A stretch of 64,000 bases of DNA from Dipteris shenzhenensis (lineage: Eukaryota), in the NCBI GenBank assembly GCA_047967505.1, contig CM106538.1. One strand, given 5' to 3'. This document shows, piece after piece, positions 12,927 to 25,029 of the stretch (position 1 is its first letter; each line of letters begins with the position of its first letter). Made by a program: the position numbers and the translations under genes. The notes beneath the pieces were generated by a model. It searched no databases and was not told where the DNA came from. It worked only from the letters and a program-made list of their open reading frames with translations.

Positions 12927-13093
12927 TTTTTTTTTTCAAGAAAGAAACTTCTATTAAGTAAGAGAAAAAACCCGCGAGAGCAAGCTCAAAGCGGAATACA
13001 TCATGAAATCATGAGGATAAATAAAAACCCCCCTCAGAGTGAGGTGGAAAACAACCAAGGCTGAGGCTGAAAGTGCCACCTCAACCCTGTAGT
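12927..13093 (-). mobile_element. Extremely 5'-truncated LINE (167 bp, 3' UTR + poly(A))
   Basis: Nearly identical to 1600-1762. 16-bp TSD AATTTAGGGCACTCTT at 12911-12926 and 13094-13109. Confidence 0.93.
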
Positions 13094-13507
13094 AATTTAG
13101 GGCACTCTTCATGTCAGCAAATTGAAATATTATAAAGAACAATCTCCCTCATAACGTTTGATTGCATTCAGGCATCAACATAATAAATTTTATCTCAAGT
13201 GCACTGTTTCCACATCAGATTGCCAATCTCATGTAAATTCTTTTAGTGATTGTGAAATTTATAAATTAGGATTCAATCATTTGCATATTTGTTTTGTTTG
13301 GTGCTATTGGTTCACAACACCATTAGTCAAATGACCAAGGTTGGGGTTTCCAGTTGGATCAACCCAATAGTTTGATATTGACCATAGAAGTATTGTGATA
13401 TGATCTGTTTTTTAAAAATTTCTCTATCTAAAGCTATCTTAGTCATTGCTCCTATGTTCAATCACTCTTTTCAAATGTGTCTGATTGCACTCATGTTATA
13501 TTTGCAG

Positions 13508-13693
13508 ATTGCCAGAAGTGCAAATGTGCCAGTTATTCTTGATGCAGGATCTCTAGAAGCACCCATTCCTGAAGACCTGTTTAAATGCATCACACTATTG
13601 AGTTCAAACGAGACACGATTGGCGCAGCTCACAAAAACACCTACAGGAAGTTTGGATGAAGTTATCCATGCTGCAAAAAAGTGCCAAGAAATG
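13508..13693 (+). CDS. RBSK: Ribokinase-like (pfkB family) internal exon
   Basis: Translates IARSANVPVILDAGSLEAPIPEDLFKCITLLSSNETRLAQLTKTPTGSLDEVIHAAKKCQEM. Flanked by tttgcag and gtact. Resembles plant ribokinase. Confidence 0.88.
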
Positions 13694-14090
13694 GTACTCA
13701 CATCTCTTTTTTTTACTTGCTTCCTTGTGTGTGTGTGTGTGTGTGTGTGGAAATTCTTCTGGATCTTTGGTTTTCATCTGTGCATTCAGGAGTTTGATCT
13801 TTTCTTTGTTTGGGTTCGTTATTGGGCACTTTGCAGTTTGTGGATAAATAGGAATTGTAAAGTCTTTGGTGATCCAACATTTTATTTATTTTCTTTCTTC
13901 AAGCGTTCTCTGCAACAATCTTTTTGTGACTGCTTGCAGACTCACTACATCGATCATGATGTATATTTAGCATATACAGAGATTTTCAGCTGATGTAATT
14001 TCTAGCTCCTCGCTTTGAGGTGGCTTTTCTTGTTATATAAACAATCATTGCTTTCACTATTAAAAAAAAGTGTGTGTGAGCGAGAGTGAG

Positions 14091-14129
<39 letters not shown>

Positions 14130-15766
14130 GCCTAAGCCTAGGGCTAAGGACTAAGTATGGAAAACCAATATGGAATAAACTCAAGGAAGAAAGGATCAAG
14201 TCGAGAAGTTGTTCCCAAAATGAAGGCTCCTTTCAAGACAATGTATTGCCAATTCCTCTATATAGCATATATTATGAAAGCGTTGGGACATGAAAAAATA
14301 AACACATCCAATGGAGCTTCTTCAGACCATATAGGAAGAGAGAATGTGAATGTAGCTAGGAATTCTGTGAAGACAACTGTTGGGTTATTTTGGAGCTAAG
14401 TAGTGTGAGCAGGGTTCTAGTTAGTGCTCTAGTGTAAAAGGGTTATTCGGTCTAGTGTGCGCTTGGAGGGTCAAGTGACCTTTCAAATTGAGATGGTCAT
14501 AATTTGATTTGTGTGTGACATCATCTATGATGTCAGTAAGATACTCTTCACTACTGATAGCATCAGTGATGATAGTGTGGGAAGATAAGGCTACCTCTAG
14601 CCTATAAAAGAGGCCATTGTACTTGCTATCAATATCAATCTGAATGAGTACTTTGCCTCACGCCTTTGCATCTCATCATGTGATCTCCTGCATTGATTCC
14701 CCTGTGATATCAGAGCTAGGTCGGATCTCATGTTTGTCTGTGCAAGTCGACACCATCTCTTAAAGGAAGATCTTCCCCGTTCCCTAGTTCTTGGCAGCAC
14801 TACCGCCATCGCCATTTTTTGGCTCTATCAAGGCACAGCCATTTTGGGGCAGAACCAGATTTGCTTGATTCATTTGCTTGGCCTGCTCCTAAGCATCCAT
14901 TGCGCAGCTATTTTTTACACATTGCCGGCCTATTTTCTCCTGGTGTGCAGAAAAGGCTTCTGTCTTCATACAGTTCTTCCCTAGCTGTTTACAGTAGATG
15001 CACATCAGGTAAAAATTGCTGCCATATTTTTAAGCTCTGTAACGGATGACAATTGTTGTCGTATGAGGAGTTCTATCGCCATTTTTGGATGAAGATGATA
15101 TGTTAAGTCTGCTACTCTTTCTCAGCATGTTGCTGCTCTCACTGCTACAACTTCTACCACCACCTAAGAACTGATGCTGTTACTCCTAGGAGGAGTACAT
15201 CTCAGATGCTCCAAACCATCACCTATCACGAAGTAGGTTAGTAATTGCTGCTGCACAACATTGTCTTCAAATCTAGCTGCCATTATTATACTTTTGTGCG
15301 CCACCTGATCCTACATTTGCTGCTTCTCTATATCTCGCTGCCATTAAAATCAGTCACCTGTTTCTAACCTGCCGATTCTTTTACCTGGCTGCTACTTGGC
15401 CGACCAGGAGTTGCAAGAAGCAACAACAAACTCAATGTTTGTTTGGAGCAATACGGGAAGTCGGGGCATACAAACCATGCAAAAGATAGGCACCTGGAGC
15501 TGGAATGCCATGTGGCAGCAACTGCAAGGTGCTTCAGACAGGACAGGTGGTTGGAGCTGCAGTAGATGTCTACGTAGGGGGAAAGACAGGTGGCTCGAAC
15601 TAATGCAGGGTTGCAGGAATTCAGCCTTTGGATCAAATCGCAATTTCCAAATTTGTGGTTTTGGCAAATCTCAATTGCAGCCAGGTGCCTTTGGTGGAAT
15701 CTCAATTGTAAAATGATGAGTCTATCATATTTCAATTTTCCTAGAGCATGCAAATCCCTAGAAATC

Positions 15767-18700
15767 TTTTTTTTTTTTTTGCAAAAAGAGACTTCTATTA
15801 AGTATCAAAGAAAAACCGTTAGAGCAAGCTCCATACAGGATACATCATGCAATGCACGAAAAGCTCAAGAGCCAAAAAGAAAGGATTGAGGCTGATAGTG
15901 CCATCTCAATCCGGTAGAAACCTTCGAGAAAAAGGGAGAACCCCTCCAAACTCGAAGAAATATAGTCCTTCTAGAAGACGATGCCGTGAAGGGCCCTGCA
16001 TGCTAGCCCATATGGCTATCAAAGTGTGAACCGTGTCAGTCCAAATACCCGTGAACACCTGTGATGTGTGTATCTGGGTGCCATCCAAGGCCTCAGTACA
16101 TCTGGCTCTCCAAATGTGCCAAGAGGAAATGCTAGCCAAAATCTCCCAAGAGGTGTCCACTGAAACATGAGAAGCTTTGAAGGGAGTAAGTGGTACATCC
16201 TGCAGAGAGCAGGGCTCTATCACCTGCCGGTGGACCGAGAGTGCCCAAGAAGAAGGCTCACCCTCATAAAACACCTGGGGCCCGGTCAGAGATAACCATG
16301 CGACCGAGCCCCAAGTCATGAAGAAAGGGGAAGTGTGAAAGATGCTGAGTATCCGAGCAACCCCTTTCCAAACAGTCCTCGCCTGACTGCAGTCCCAAAG
16401 GCAATGTCGCACTGACGACTCTGCAGAATGACATCGAGGACAAGTGGGATCAGCCCCAAATCGTGATCTCCACAGGTTCACTGCAATCCCTCCATGATTA
16501 GAAAACCAAAAGAAAAGAGTGATCTTTCTATTTCTGAGGGATTTCCAGAGACTCCTCCAGAAATTTCTACGCAAATCTGCGGTGATGAAGAAGCTTTCCC
16601 AATGGGGGGCTCTGGAGGGAATCCAACCCCTACTGTTCAGCTGAAATCTCCTTTCATTACCAACCGTGAAACGAAAGAAGGGAATCCCCCTCTCTCGGTG
16701 CCCATGATCTGTCCACTCCCACTCTCCTGGGTCCCACTGCAAGCACCTGATAGGTGCACCTCCATATAACCACAACCTCCAGGATCCCAAGGCCAAGAGC
16801 AGAGGGTCGGGGTCTAAGTACCACTGCAAGCCCGCTCCATGGTCCACAAAACCAGCAATCCTGACAGGCTGAAAGGCAACCTCAAGAAGAATGCCATCCT
16901 TGGATGTAGAAAGTAAACCTCCCCCCAAGACCTCGGAGAGCGATCACCTGTAAAGGAACTGATGTCCTCGAAAAAGCCCCCATCCAAGTGGTGGAAGTAA
17001 TAGGCAACTCAACTGTCCATTCCACCGGGATGGCTGCATCTATCTGCTGAATCCTGCATGCTACCCCTCTGAGGTGACTCACGGACTGCAGTCTCTGATC
17101 CTCCGGTAGCCTAATAAAAGATTTCCAAGTGCCTACTGTGTAGGCGGGGCCTCTCTCCCATTTAGACCACTGCATGTAATGGGAAGTGCCTAGTGGTCTG
17201 GCATGCTCGTCAAGAATACTATCATTCCAAATGATCGGCTGCCTATCAATCTCTTCGACGGTAGAAGGTGGAATCCTTCGAAGAGTGTTCCTGAAGCTCC
17301 CCCAAGCTTTCAGGATGGCAGTCATGAGAGGAGAGGTAGGAGATCTGAGAGGGGCTGAAGTGAAAATCCAGCAAGGGCTGTCCACCCAATCATCTCCCAA
17401 GGTTGGCGTGCAAGCCTGAATGCGTCCAAAAAAGAAATCCTTCCAAGGTTCCTGCCCAGGCATGAGTCCCCTCACCACCACCTTACAAAGCAATGCCCTG
17501 CACTGCAAGTCCGGGTCAATGACATTAAGGCCCCCTTCACATGTAGGGAGAATAATGGTCTCCCAGGCCACCCTTGCTGCAACATCTGCTGTGCCATCAA
17601 GTCCACTCCATAAAAAATTCCTGATTGGTCTGATGAGCTGAGTGATGCAATCCCTAGACCGGCACCAACAAGAACACACAAACCAGGAGGTGGCCAAGAG
17701 AACCTGGTTCACTATAACAACTCTAGATGCAAGGTCGAGTTTGGCAGAGCTCCAGAAAAGGAGCTTTTTCCTTATACTTTCTAGTACTGGGGCAAACTGC
17801 TGTGCTGGAGAGATGTCCAATCCTACCTGGCATCCCAAATACCTGATAGGAACACCCCTCTAAATCCAGGAAAAACCAATGTCAACTCCCCAGCCTGGAG
17901 TGTCCTCATCACTGATCCAAAACCCAAAGGATTTATGCCAGTTAATGTGTGCCCCTGCAGCTGAGTAAAAAATATCCAAGGTTGTCCGAAAAGAATCAAG
18001 TGACTACGAAGAGGCCTTAATAAAAATAGCAGTGTCATCAGCCAACTCACAGTCAAAAAGCTCCTGCTCCTGTCTCAAGGGCAATCTCAGCCCAAAAAGC
18101 TCACCCTGAGATCTCAGAAAGATACTCATAGCTTCTGCCACAAAAAGAAAGAGGAAGGGGGCTAAAGGGCATCCCTGACGAACTGATCTGGAAATCTGAA
18201 ACCTGTCACCCCTTACCCCTCCAATCAAAACCTGGCTGATCTGTAAAGGGAGGCCACCCCTCTGATCCAAGCATCTAAAAATCCAAACCGTAGAAGAGTG
18301 CCCTCAAGAAAACCCCAATCTACTTTGTCATAGGCTTTCTCGAAGTCCAAGAGTAAAACTGCTAGCCTCTGCCCACTCTGCATAGCCCACTCTGTGGCTT
18401 CCCAAAAGGAAAAGATATTATAAAAAATGCTCCTGCCATGCACAAAGCCTCTCTGAGTATCATGGATGAGGTCTAGAAGAAAAGGCTGTAATCGGATGCT
18501 GATCGCCTTGGCAAGGATTTTGTAAAGAGTGCCCAAAAGAGTGATGGGTCTCCAATGGGATACAAAATTCATGTTGCCACCTTTCGGGATAAGGTGAATG
18601 AGTCCCTCGGTCAGTGAGTCAGGCATCTCACCCGAGTCCCAAATGCCCTGCAGGGCTGAAGTAATATGATCACCTATCATATCCCAAAAGGCTATAAAAA

Positions 18701-21150
18701 AAGGAGTAAGACCATCGGAACCATGGCATTTGCCCTTATGAAGGGCAGAGAGAGTAGTCTTGAATTCTTTGTTGGTAAAGCGTGCATCAAGTAAGCATAA
18801 CATCTCTGGGGTGACCAACACAGGTAAACTCTGCCAAACTTCACCTCTCTGGCCTGTGAGTTCGGATCTGCGGAAAGTAGGGAGGTATAGAAAGCTGTCG
18901 CTAAATGCATGACGGTTTTCGGATGGAACTGCAAAATGCCGTCAGAGTCAATAAGCTGCTTGACACTCTCTCTACTATGTCTGGGACCAAGTGTAGAGAA
19001 AAAGTGTTTATTGACTCTCGCTCCCATCTGTATCCAAAAGGACTCCCGTGCATGGAAGGCATACTCTGCTCTCTGATCAAGCAAGGTCTGCAAGTGAGCC
19101 CTTGCCGCAGCAAGGCGCTCCTGTATCCAAGCATCTGATGGTCGTTTCTGCTCCTCCCTCTGTAGGGCTGCCAATTGCCGGCGGATACCGATCTCTCGCC
19201 TGAGTACCTCACCTCGCCGAGCACTAGCAACGGAGTGATAAAAGTCGCTGATACTGGCAAGTGCTGTGGCCACATGTGAAGGACTGGCCACCCCCCTGCA
19301 TATGAGAAACCCAGATCTCCAACACTGCCTCTGTGAGAGTCTCATCCGTGTATAAGGCATCGGGGATCTTGATACTGTGAGACCGTCCTCTCAGATGAGG
19401 CTCTGAGATGGACAAAATTACCGGAAAATGGTCTGAAGTGGAAACACCGGGTGCAATGCAAACTGTCCCCCCTCTATCAAGAGCCCAGTCACCCACATAG
19501 AATCTGTCAATCCGAGCATGGATGGGCATCTGCACCCTATGATTCGACCATGAAAACAAAAGTGACTGAGACTGAACAAGAAATGCATCATCTGACCAAA
19601 CATCTCTGCCACTGAACCTGAACAAGAAGGCATCCCAGGCTGCTCTCTCAAGGGAGTGGATACCACCTTCTCTGCCCCCTTTCTTATCAGAAGGTGCCTC
19701 AACCATGTTGAAGTCACCTCCAATAATCCACGAATCCGCAATGTCAGCCCACGGGAGCAACTCTTTCTAAAACAAAACACGGTCCCCTCTGTTGTTCGGA
19801 GCATAAAGGTTGAGGAAACCAACCTTACGTCCGTCAATCAGAAGTAAAACCCACTGGGCCCTGGAGGGGGTTATGGTACCATGTCCAATGACCAGAGGGA
19901 GAATAGAGTCTGAAACTGAAATGCATGTACCTCCTCTGGTTCCCAAGGCAGGAAGCCAAAAAGTCCGGCCTGAGAGCAGCTTACGTGACTTGGAGCAATC
20001 TCTAATATCCAGTTTGTGTTCCTGAAGAAAAAGAATGTCTAGGGAACCACCTGAAACACCTGGATGGAGCTGATTGCTGATCAGCTGTCTGCGACGGCGA
20101 TGAGGGATGCCGCCCAATCCCTGTATATTCCAACTGGCTATCCTCATCGGCGAGAGAAAGTGGGTTGGAATACCTTACCCGACCTGGTGGCGGAAAAAGA
20201 AACCTCTACCGGAGCAGACCTCCTGCCATACACACGAGGTCCAAGGGGAGGAAAGTCCACAAGTGAGAGAGAGAAGGATCTCTCAAGAGGGATGCCGATA
20301 ACTGGCTCTCCAAAAGTAGAGGGTACAAAATCATCATCTGGGAGGCTAGAGAGGTCCTCCAAAGCGGAAAATGAGTTCCGCTGAGCCAGTCCTGGGGAGG
20401 GGGTACGAAGGATTCCTACCGAAGCAAGAAGAGAATGTAAAACCCCCTTCCCTCTATCCAAAGAGGGAGGCACCTGTACTGGATCCTGATCAAAAAGTGG
20501 TGCGGACGAGGTGCCAACAACCTGCGCTGCTGAGGAAGGTACAGCTTGATCCAAGGGTGGAGTCGAACAAGGCTCCTGAACAGTAGTCTCCTCCTGAGGC
20601 TCCAAGGGGGTAGCCTCCGAAGAGGTGGAGGAGTGAACTAAAGTAGAGGGCCTAGCCACGACCGTAACCCACCGTGGGCTAGAGGTGGTGCGGGGTGCCG
20701 AAGGGACTCGAGTAGCCCTAGGAGAGGGGGGAGCCCGTGTCTATGGAGCGGTAGGTCCTGCTCCAGCTATCTGTCGTAAGCTAGTACGAGCTGGTTGCTT
20801 TGTGGGCCTCTTTTTCTTCTTTGGGCAATCTCTGGCGAAGTGCCCTGAGGATCTGCAAATCCTGCACTGGTCCTACCGACCTGCAACCTCAAATCTCTGG
20901 CGGAAGAAAGACCCATCGGGTCGCTGTAGCATGATGTGGTCATCTGAAATATTGGGGTCCTGGACAATGACCCTAACCCTGGGTACCCTTCCATCCTGAC
21001 CGCCTCAGCAATCGAAGAGGGCTCGCCAGGGAGAGGAGGGATCTCTGCCACCATACCAAACCTCTCGCCAATAGCTGAAAGAAGCCGGTGATAAACTGAG
21101 GGAAGACCAAGGAACCTGATGAAAACAGAAACTCCCTGCTTGTCCTCTTC
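15767..21150 (-). mobile_element. Near full-length L1-type LINE (copy C), antisense in the ribokinase intron; ORF1 5' part missing
   Basis: T-tract at 15767-15780. ORF2 runs from ATG 20147 (MRIASWNIQGL) through EN, RT (LDFEKAYDKV, VRQGCPLAP, LADDT) and zf-RVT (CPRC...HCLWDC), with several frameshifts. ORF1 C-terminal half at 20144-21150. Confidence 0.93.
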
Positions 21151-21493
21151 TTTAGCACATGTCAAAGCAGCCATGCCTAATATTAAATGGAAGGTTGATG
21201 ATGATAAGGATGATGATGATGATGATGATGACGGAGCAACTAATATTTTGCACTCCATAGGACATGCTATCCTTACACTTAAGTCGCGAGATTTACGGAT
21301 CAAGCTTCTTCGACAATCTTACAAGTTGAAAGGGACCAAGATATGGATAGTTGAGGAACTTACACGAGCTCAATTGAAGAATAAGGCAACAGAATTAGCT
21401 GAAGGCTGGGCTTCTAGGAAGGATGCAGTTTCCCGTGAAGTCATAGCACTAATCAAAGAGTTTAAATCCAAACCAAAAGACTCTCAGTCGTAA
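21150..21493 (+). mobile_element. Fragment resembling ORF1 of a different non-LTR clade
   Basis: RIKLLRQSYKLKGTKIWIVEELTRAQ resembles the C-terminal kLkgt-i-i-edLt motif of RRM-type LINE ORF1 proteins. Confidence 0.45.
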
Positions 21494-22029
21494 ACTAATG
21501 TATGGCTGATTACTCTTTCAGACTATTATGTAGGTACTCTAAATAATTGGGGTTGCTTTTGCACTCCTTGGGAGTTGCCTTGTGCCCTCCCTAAAGCAGA
21601 TGTACTAGATGGTTTTTTGTTGTCCCATAGACCTATTGGTCTCCCGTGGACATAGACTTTCTTTCTTTCTTTCTTTCTCCCCGACTCCTCTCTATAGGAT
21701 GTCTCATAGGTGGCGTGATGCGACTACTGTCGAGATCCTATGATGATGGTATCCCAAATTGGATGAGTGCTCTTGGGGCTTATGTCTGATTTCCTATTAA
21801 CCTAGCATGCCAAAAAATGGAAGTATTGGTCTTCAACGTCTTTCAACCCCCTCCTTTCTTGTGAAGAATTCTGTAATTCTCTTGCTATCTAGGGCCATGC
21901 CCCTTAGCTGATCTCATGAGTCTAGATCTGATTTTGGTGACCTTGTGTGCAAAGAGTCTGGCGCATTTCTGGTTTGGGGTCACTAACTCTCATATTTTAC
22001 ATAGATGGTGACCTCCTAGATGTGGTCGC

Positions 22030-22790
22030 CTTCTAGTGCTAAGCTCGCCTAGATCCACTCTCTCACCTGTCTCTTCGTGGTAGTGAGGCCCACAATTCTG
22101 CCCACGACTGCCTTGTCCTGAAGTGACTGGACTGCATGCTGCACCTGTTGCTTGTCGGTTGGAGAAAGGATAACCTTAACTACTATGGGATTCGAGGGTG
22201 CTGCCATAGAGCCCCTTTGGCTAGACCAAGGGTCACCACCAAGATTTTCTTTCCCAAACAAGCACAAAAACTCCCGATGCGAAGAAGGGGAAGAGAAAAA
22301 GAAAAGACACTTGGAAGGTGGGTAGGGAAGTTGCCTCACCCCCAAGAAAGGCTAGGGAGAGCCCTTGAAGAAAGAGGCACCTCGAAGCAGCCCCTACGAC
22401 CCAAACCCGAACACACCCAAGGCTTGAGGGTCGAAGGAGGAGTCGAGAAAGGGCTGGAAGGCTGCAAGGAGGTCCTTTGAAAAAGGAAGCAGGAGCAGAG
22501 AGGAGGGAATGGGGGGGAAGGAAGCGGAGGGGAAGGAGGCAGAGGGGAGGCGGGGAAGGAGGCGAAGGAAGTAGAGGGGGAGGCGGAGAAGGGGGAAGGA
22601 GAGGGGGAAGGAAGCGGAGGGGAAGGAGGCAGAGGGGAAGGAGGTAGAGAAGGGGGGTGAGAAGGAGGCAGAAAGGTGGCGGGGGAGGAGGCGGAGAAGA
22701 GGTGGGGGAGGAGGCGGAAGATGGAGGGGGAAGGAGGCGGCGGATGGCAGGGAGGAGGGAGATGGCAGGAAGGGCGGGTAACGGGAGCAG
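22030..22790 (-). mobile_element. 5' end of another LINE (pyrimidine-rich 5' UTR + ORF1 N-terminus)
   Basis: VILSPTDKQQVQHAV...AVVGRIVGLTTTKRQVREWI aligns loosely with copy A ORF1 (VIFSEDELQQL...LFARIFGSHPSRSQARDWM). C/T-rich tract at ~22490-22790. Confidence 0.7.
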
Positions 22791-23769
22791 CTAGGGAGCC
22801 ATAGACACTGATATTGAACAATGCTCAGTAGATAAGAAACAATAAACATGTATTGCCGCAAAGATGTAGATGACATTATGAAAAGGGTGTGCTCAATGTG
22901 CCACCATCTAGCAAATAGAGTACTGCCTAGATGTGGAACCCCTCTTCCTGGCATCTGTAAAACTCTTTCAGTCCATGTGTTCCTATAGAGCTTCAGTGGG
23001 CTTCTTAGATACCTCAGATCCATCATACCACTAAGCTTGTGGGATAATTCAACAATGTCATGGCATATTCCTACGCTCGCATAGTCCCACCTTTAAAAGA
23101 TGATTCATAGATAGGTCCACCTGAAACCATTTACAACTTAGGGAGAGAGTCTACATCATGAGCCAGGGTTGCTTCATCCCATCATAGCAATTTCCAAAAT
23201 GCAAGATGAGAGATCACTCACTATGTGATCGGTTTGACAACAAGACAACTGGCCTAATATACTTTCTCTAGGGGATACAGGTTGCATCCTTTCTGCTGCA
23301 ACCTCTCATCTCATCCAGAGCAACCATGTTTTGACAACACTCATGAAACACATCGGATTATTGATCATGTCATTGAACTTAATAATGTTCACTTGCCATC
23401 CAGGTCAAAAAACAAAGCAGCTTTGAACTGTCAGACTCAACTATAATACAAAGTCAGACAACTCAGCCTTTTTCTCATCAGCTTAAGGGCAACCCAGCTA
23501 TGAAAGAGCTTATTCAGATATATATGTACCTAAATATAGCATCCCTTTTGTATCAGTGGTTTTGAGGTGTATTATACGTCCCTTGACCCAGGGTATTACA
23601 CATCTCTCTGCACAGGTAATAGTCTATAAGAAACTTGGATTTCTTGCACCTGGTTGGGCTTTTAAAGATGTTGATGAGCTTAATTTTTCTCTGATATTTT
23701 ATTTATCTGACTCATTTAACATTTTTTTCAACTTCTAATCAATTCCTAAAGTTCTCATTGCACACATAG

Positions 23770-23965
23770 GGCATTAAGCAAGTTCTGGTGAAATTGGGTG
23801 AACAAGGATCAGTCCTGCTGACGGAAGGTGGACAAATCTTTGTGCAATCTGCTATTCCTGCTCCAAATGTAGTGGACACTACTGGAGCTGATGATACTTT
23901 TACTGCTGCTTATGCTGTAGCCCTTGTAGAGGGCCAAACACCAAAGGATGCGCTTAAGTTTGCAG
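23770..23965 (+). CDS. RBSK: Ribokinase-like penultimate exon
   Basis: Translates GIKQVLVKLGEQGS...VVDTTGADDTFTAAYAVALVEG...ALKFA (pfkB signature 2). AG at 23768-69 and GT at 23966; phase is compatible with the preceding exon. Confidence 0.9.
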
Positions 23966-24083
23966 GTGCATCTCATCATTCTCCTCTAGCTCTGATACCT
24001 TGTCATTACCTTTTAAATATTTTCTGCCATAGCTGATTTTTATGGATACAGAAAACCTTGAATACATCATATTTTTTCTGCAG

Positions 24084-24175
24084 CTGCTGCGGCATCTCTT
24101 TGCATTCGAGCCAAAGGGGGTATTTCAAGCATGCCAGAGAGGAAAATGGTGATGCAACTTTTAAACGAATTGTAA
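24084..24175 (+). CDS. RBSK: Ribokinase-like last exon
   Basis: Acceptor ttttttctgcag. Translates AAASLCIRAKGGISSMPERKMVMQLLNEL*, with the stop TAA at 24173-24175. Confidence 0.88.
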
Positions 24176-25029
24176 CTTAAGCGTAGGACTGGAGAAAATA
24201 AATATTGGAGTGTTGATACAAAGAAAGGGGCTGGAATCTGCTGTTCTATTAGTAAAGTACTCAAGCATGTTAGGATGATATACCACCACAACACTATCAG
24301 TGGACTTCTAAGTGTAAATTTGCTACAAACCCCCTTTACTTCCTTGCTTGGGGGTTGAGGCTTGTAATGTCACAAAAGTGTAAATTGAGTTTCATACAAA
24401 ACTTTTTTGGTCATGCTTATGCAATAAGTATGATAAAATTTGAAGAGAGATTGTCATTTATTGCGAAGAATTACATGCATTTTAAATTATTTGCTGCTTT
24501 TTTCCTTATATTCTAGAGTACTAAACTTTAAATAAGGATGATTTAAAGATCACCTTTTAAGACTCATGCTGAATGTCACACAATGGTTGACAGGTTGGTA
24601 TGTCAGATTATTACGGACTTACCTATGATCTGTTGCTGATCATTTTGATGGAAATTTTGTATGTTGGATGGTAAGTGGTAGGGATTATTGGAACTATTTT
24701 TGTAAAGAGGGAACCATCAGAATCATGCTTCAAAAAAATTATAGAATATCAGCTATGTGCGAGGGCCCTGACAAAAAAGAGAGACCAGCTTCTTTGCAGC
24801 TTGCTTATCAAGATTCCAGCTCACTACTGCCTAATGTAGTGCCTAAGGTAACCCAGGAGTAGGTGCTGGCAAACAATGTTTATACAGTTAAGAAAATACT
24901 TAATAGTCATGCCTTGCATAACCATTGATGATGGTCGTGTTCTACTACTTTGTCGAGCACAAGGTTTATATGATATTCAGCCAAATATTGACAAGAGTGG
25001 CAACATGTCAAATCTGTTCTCTCGCCAGA

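Noticed and set aside
14530-14720. LTR with PBS (tgatatcagagc at ~14706)
   Set aside because: TATA- and PBS-like motifs are present, but there is no partner LTR, clear TG...CA end or gag. Too weak to call.
21150-22790. 22030-22790 as the missing 5' end of LINE copy C
   Set aside because: Its ORF1 N-terminus is far more divergent from copy A than copy C is, and no TSD links it to the 15767 tail.
22336-22821. Proline/serine-rich protein ORFs
   Set aside because: Low-complexity pyrimidine tract of a LINE 5' end.
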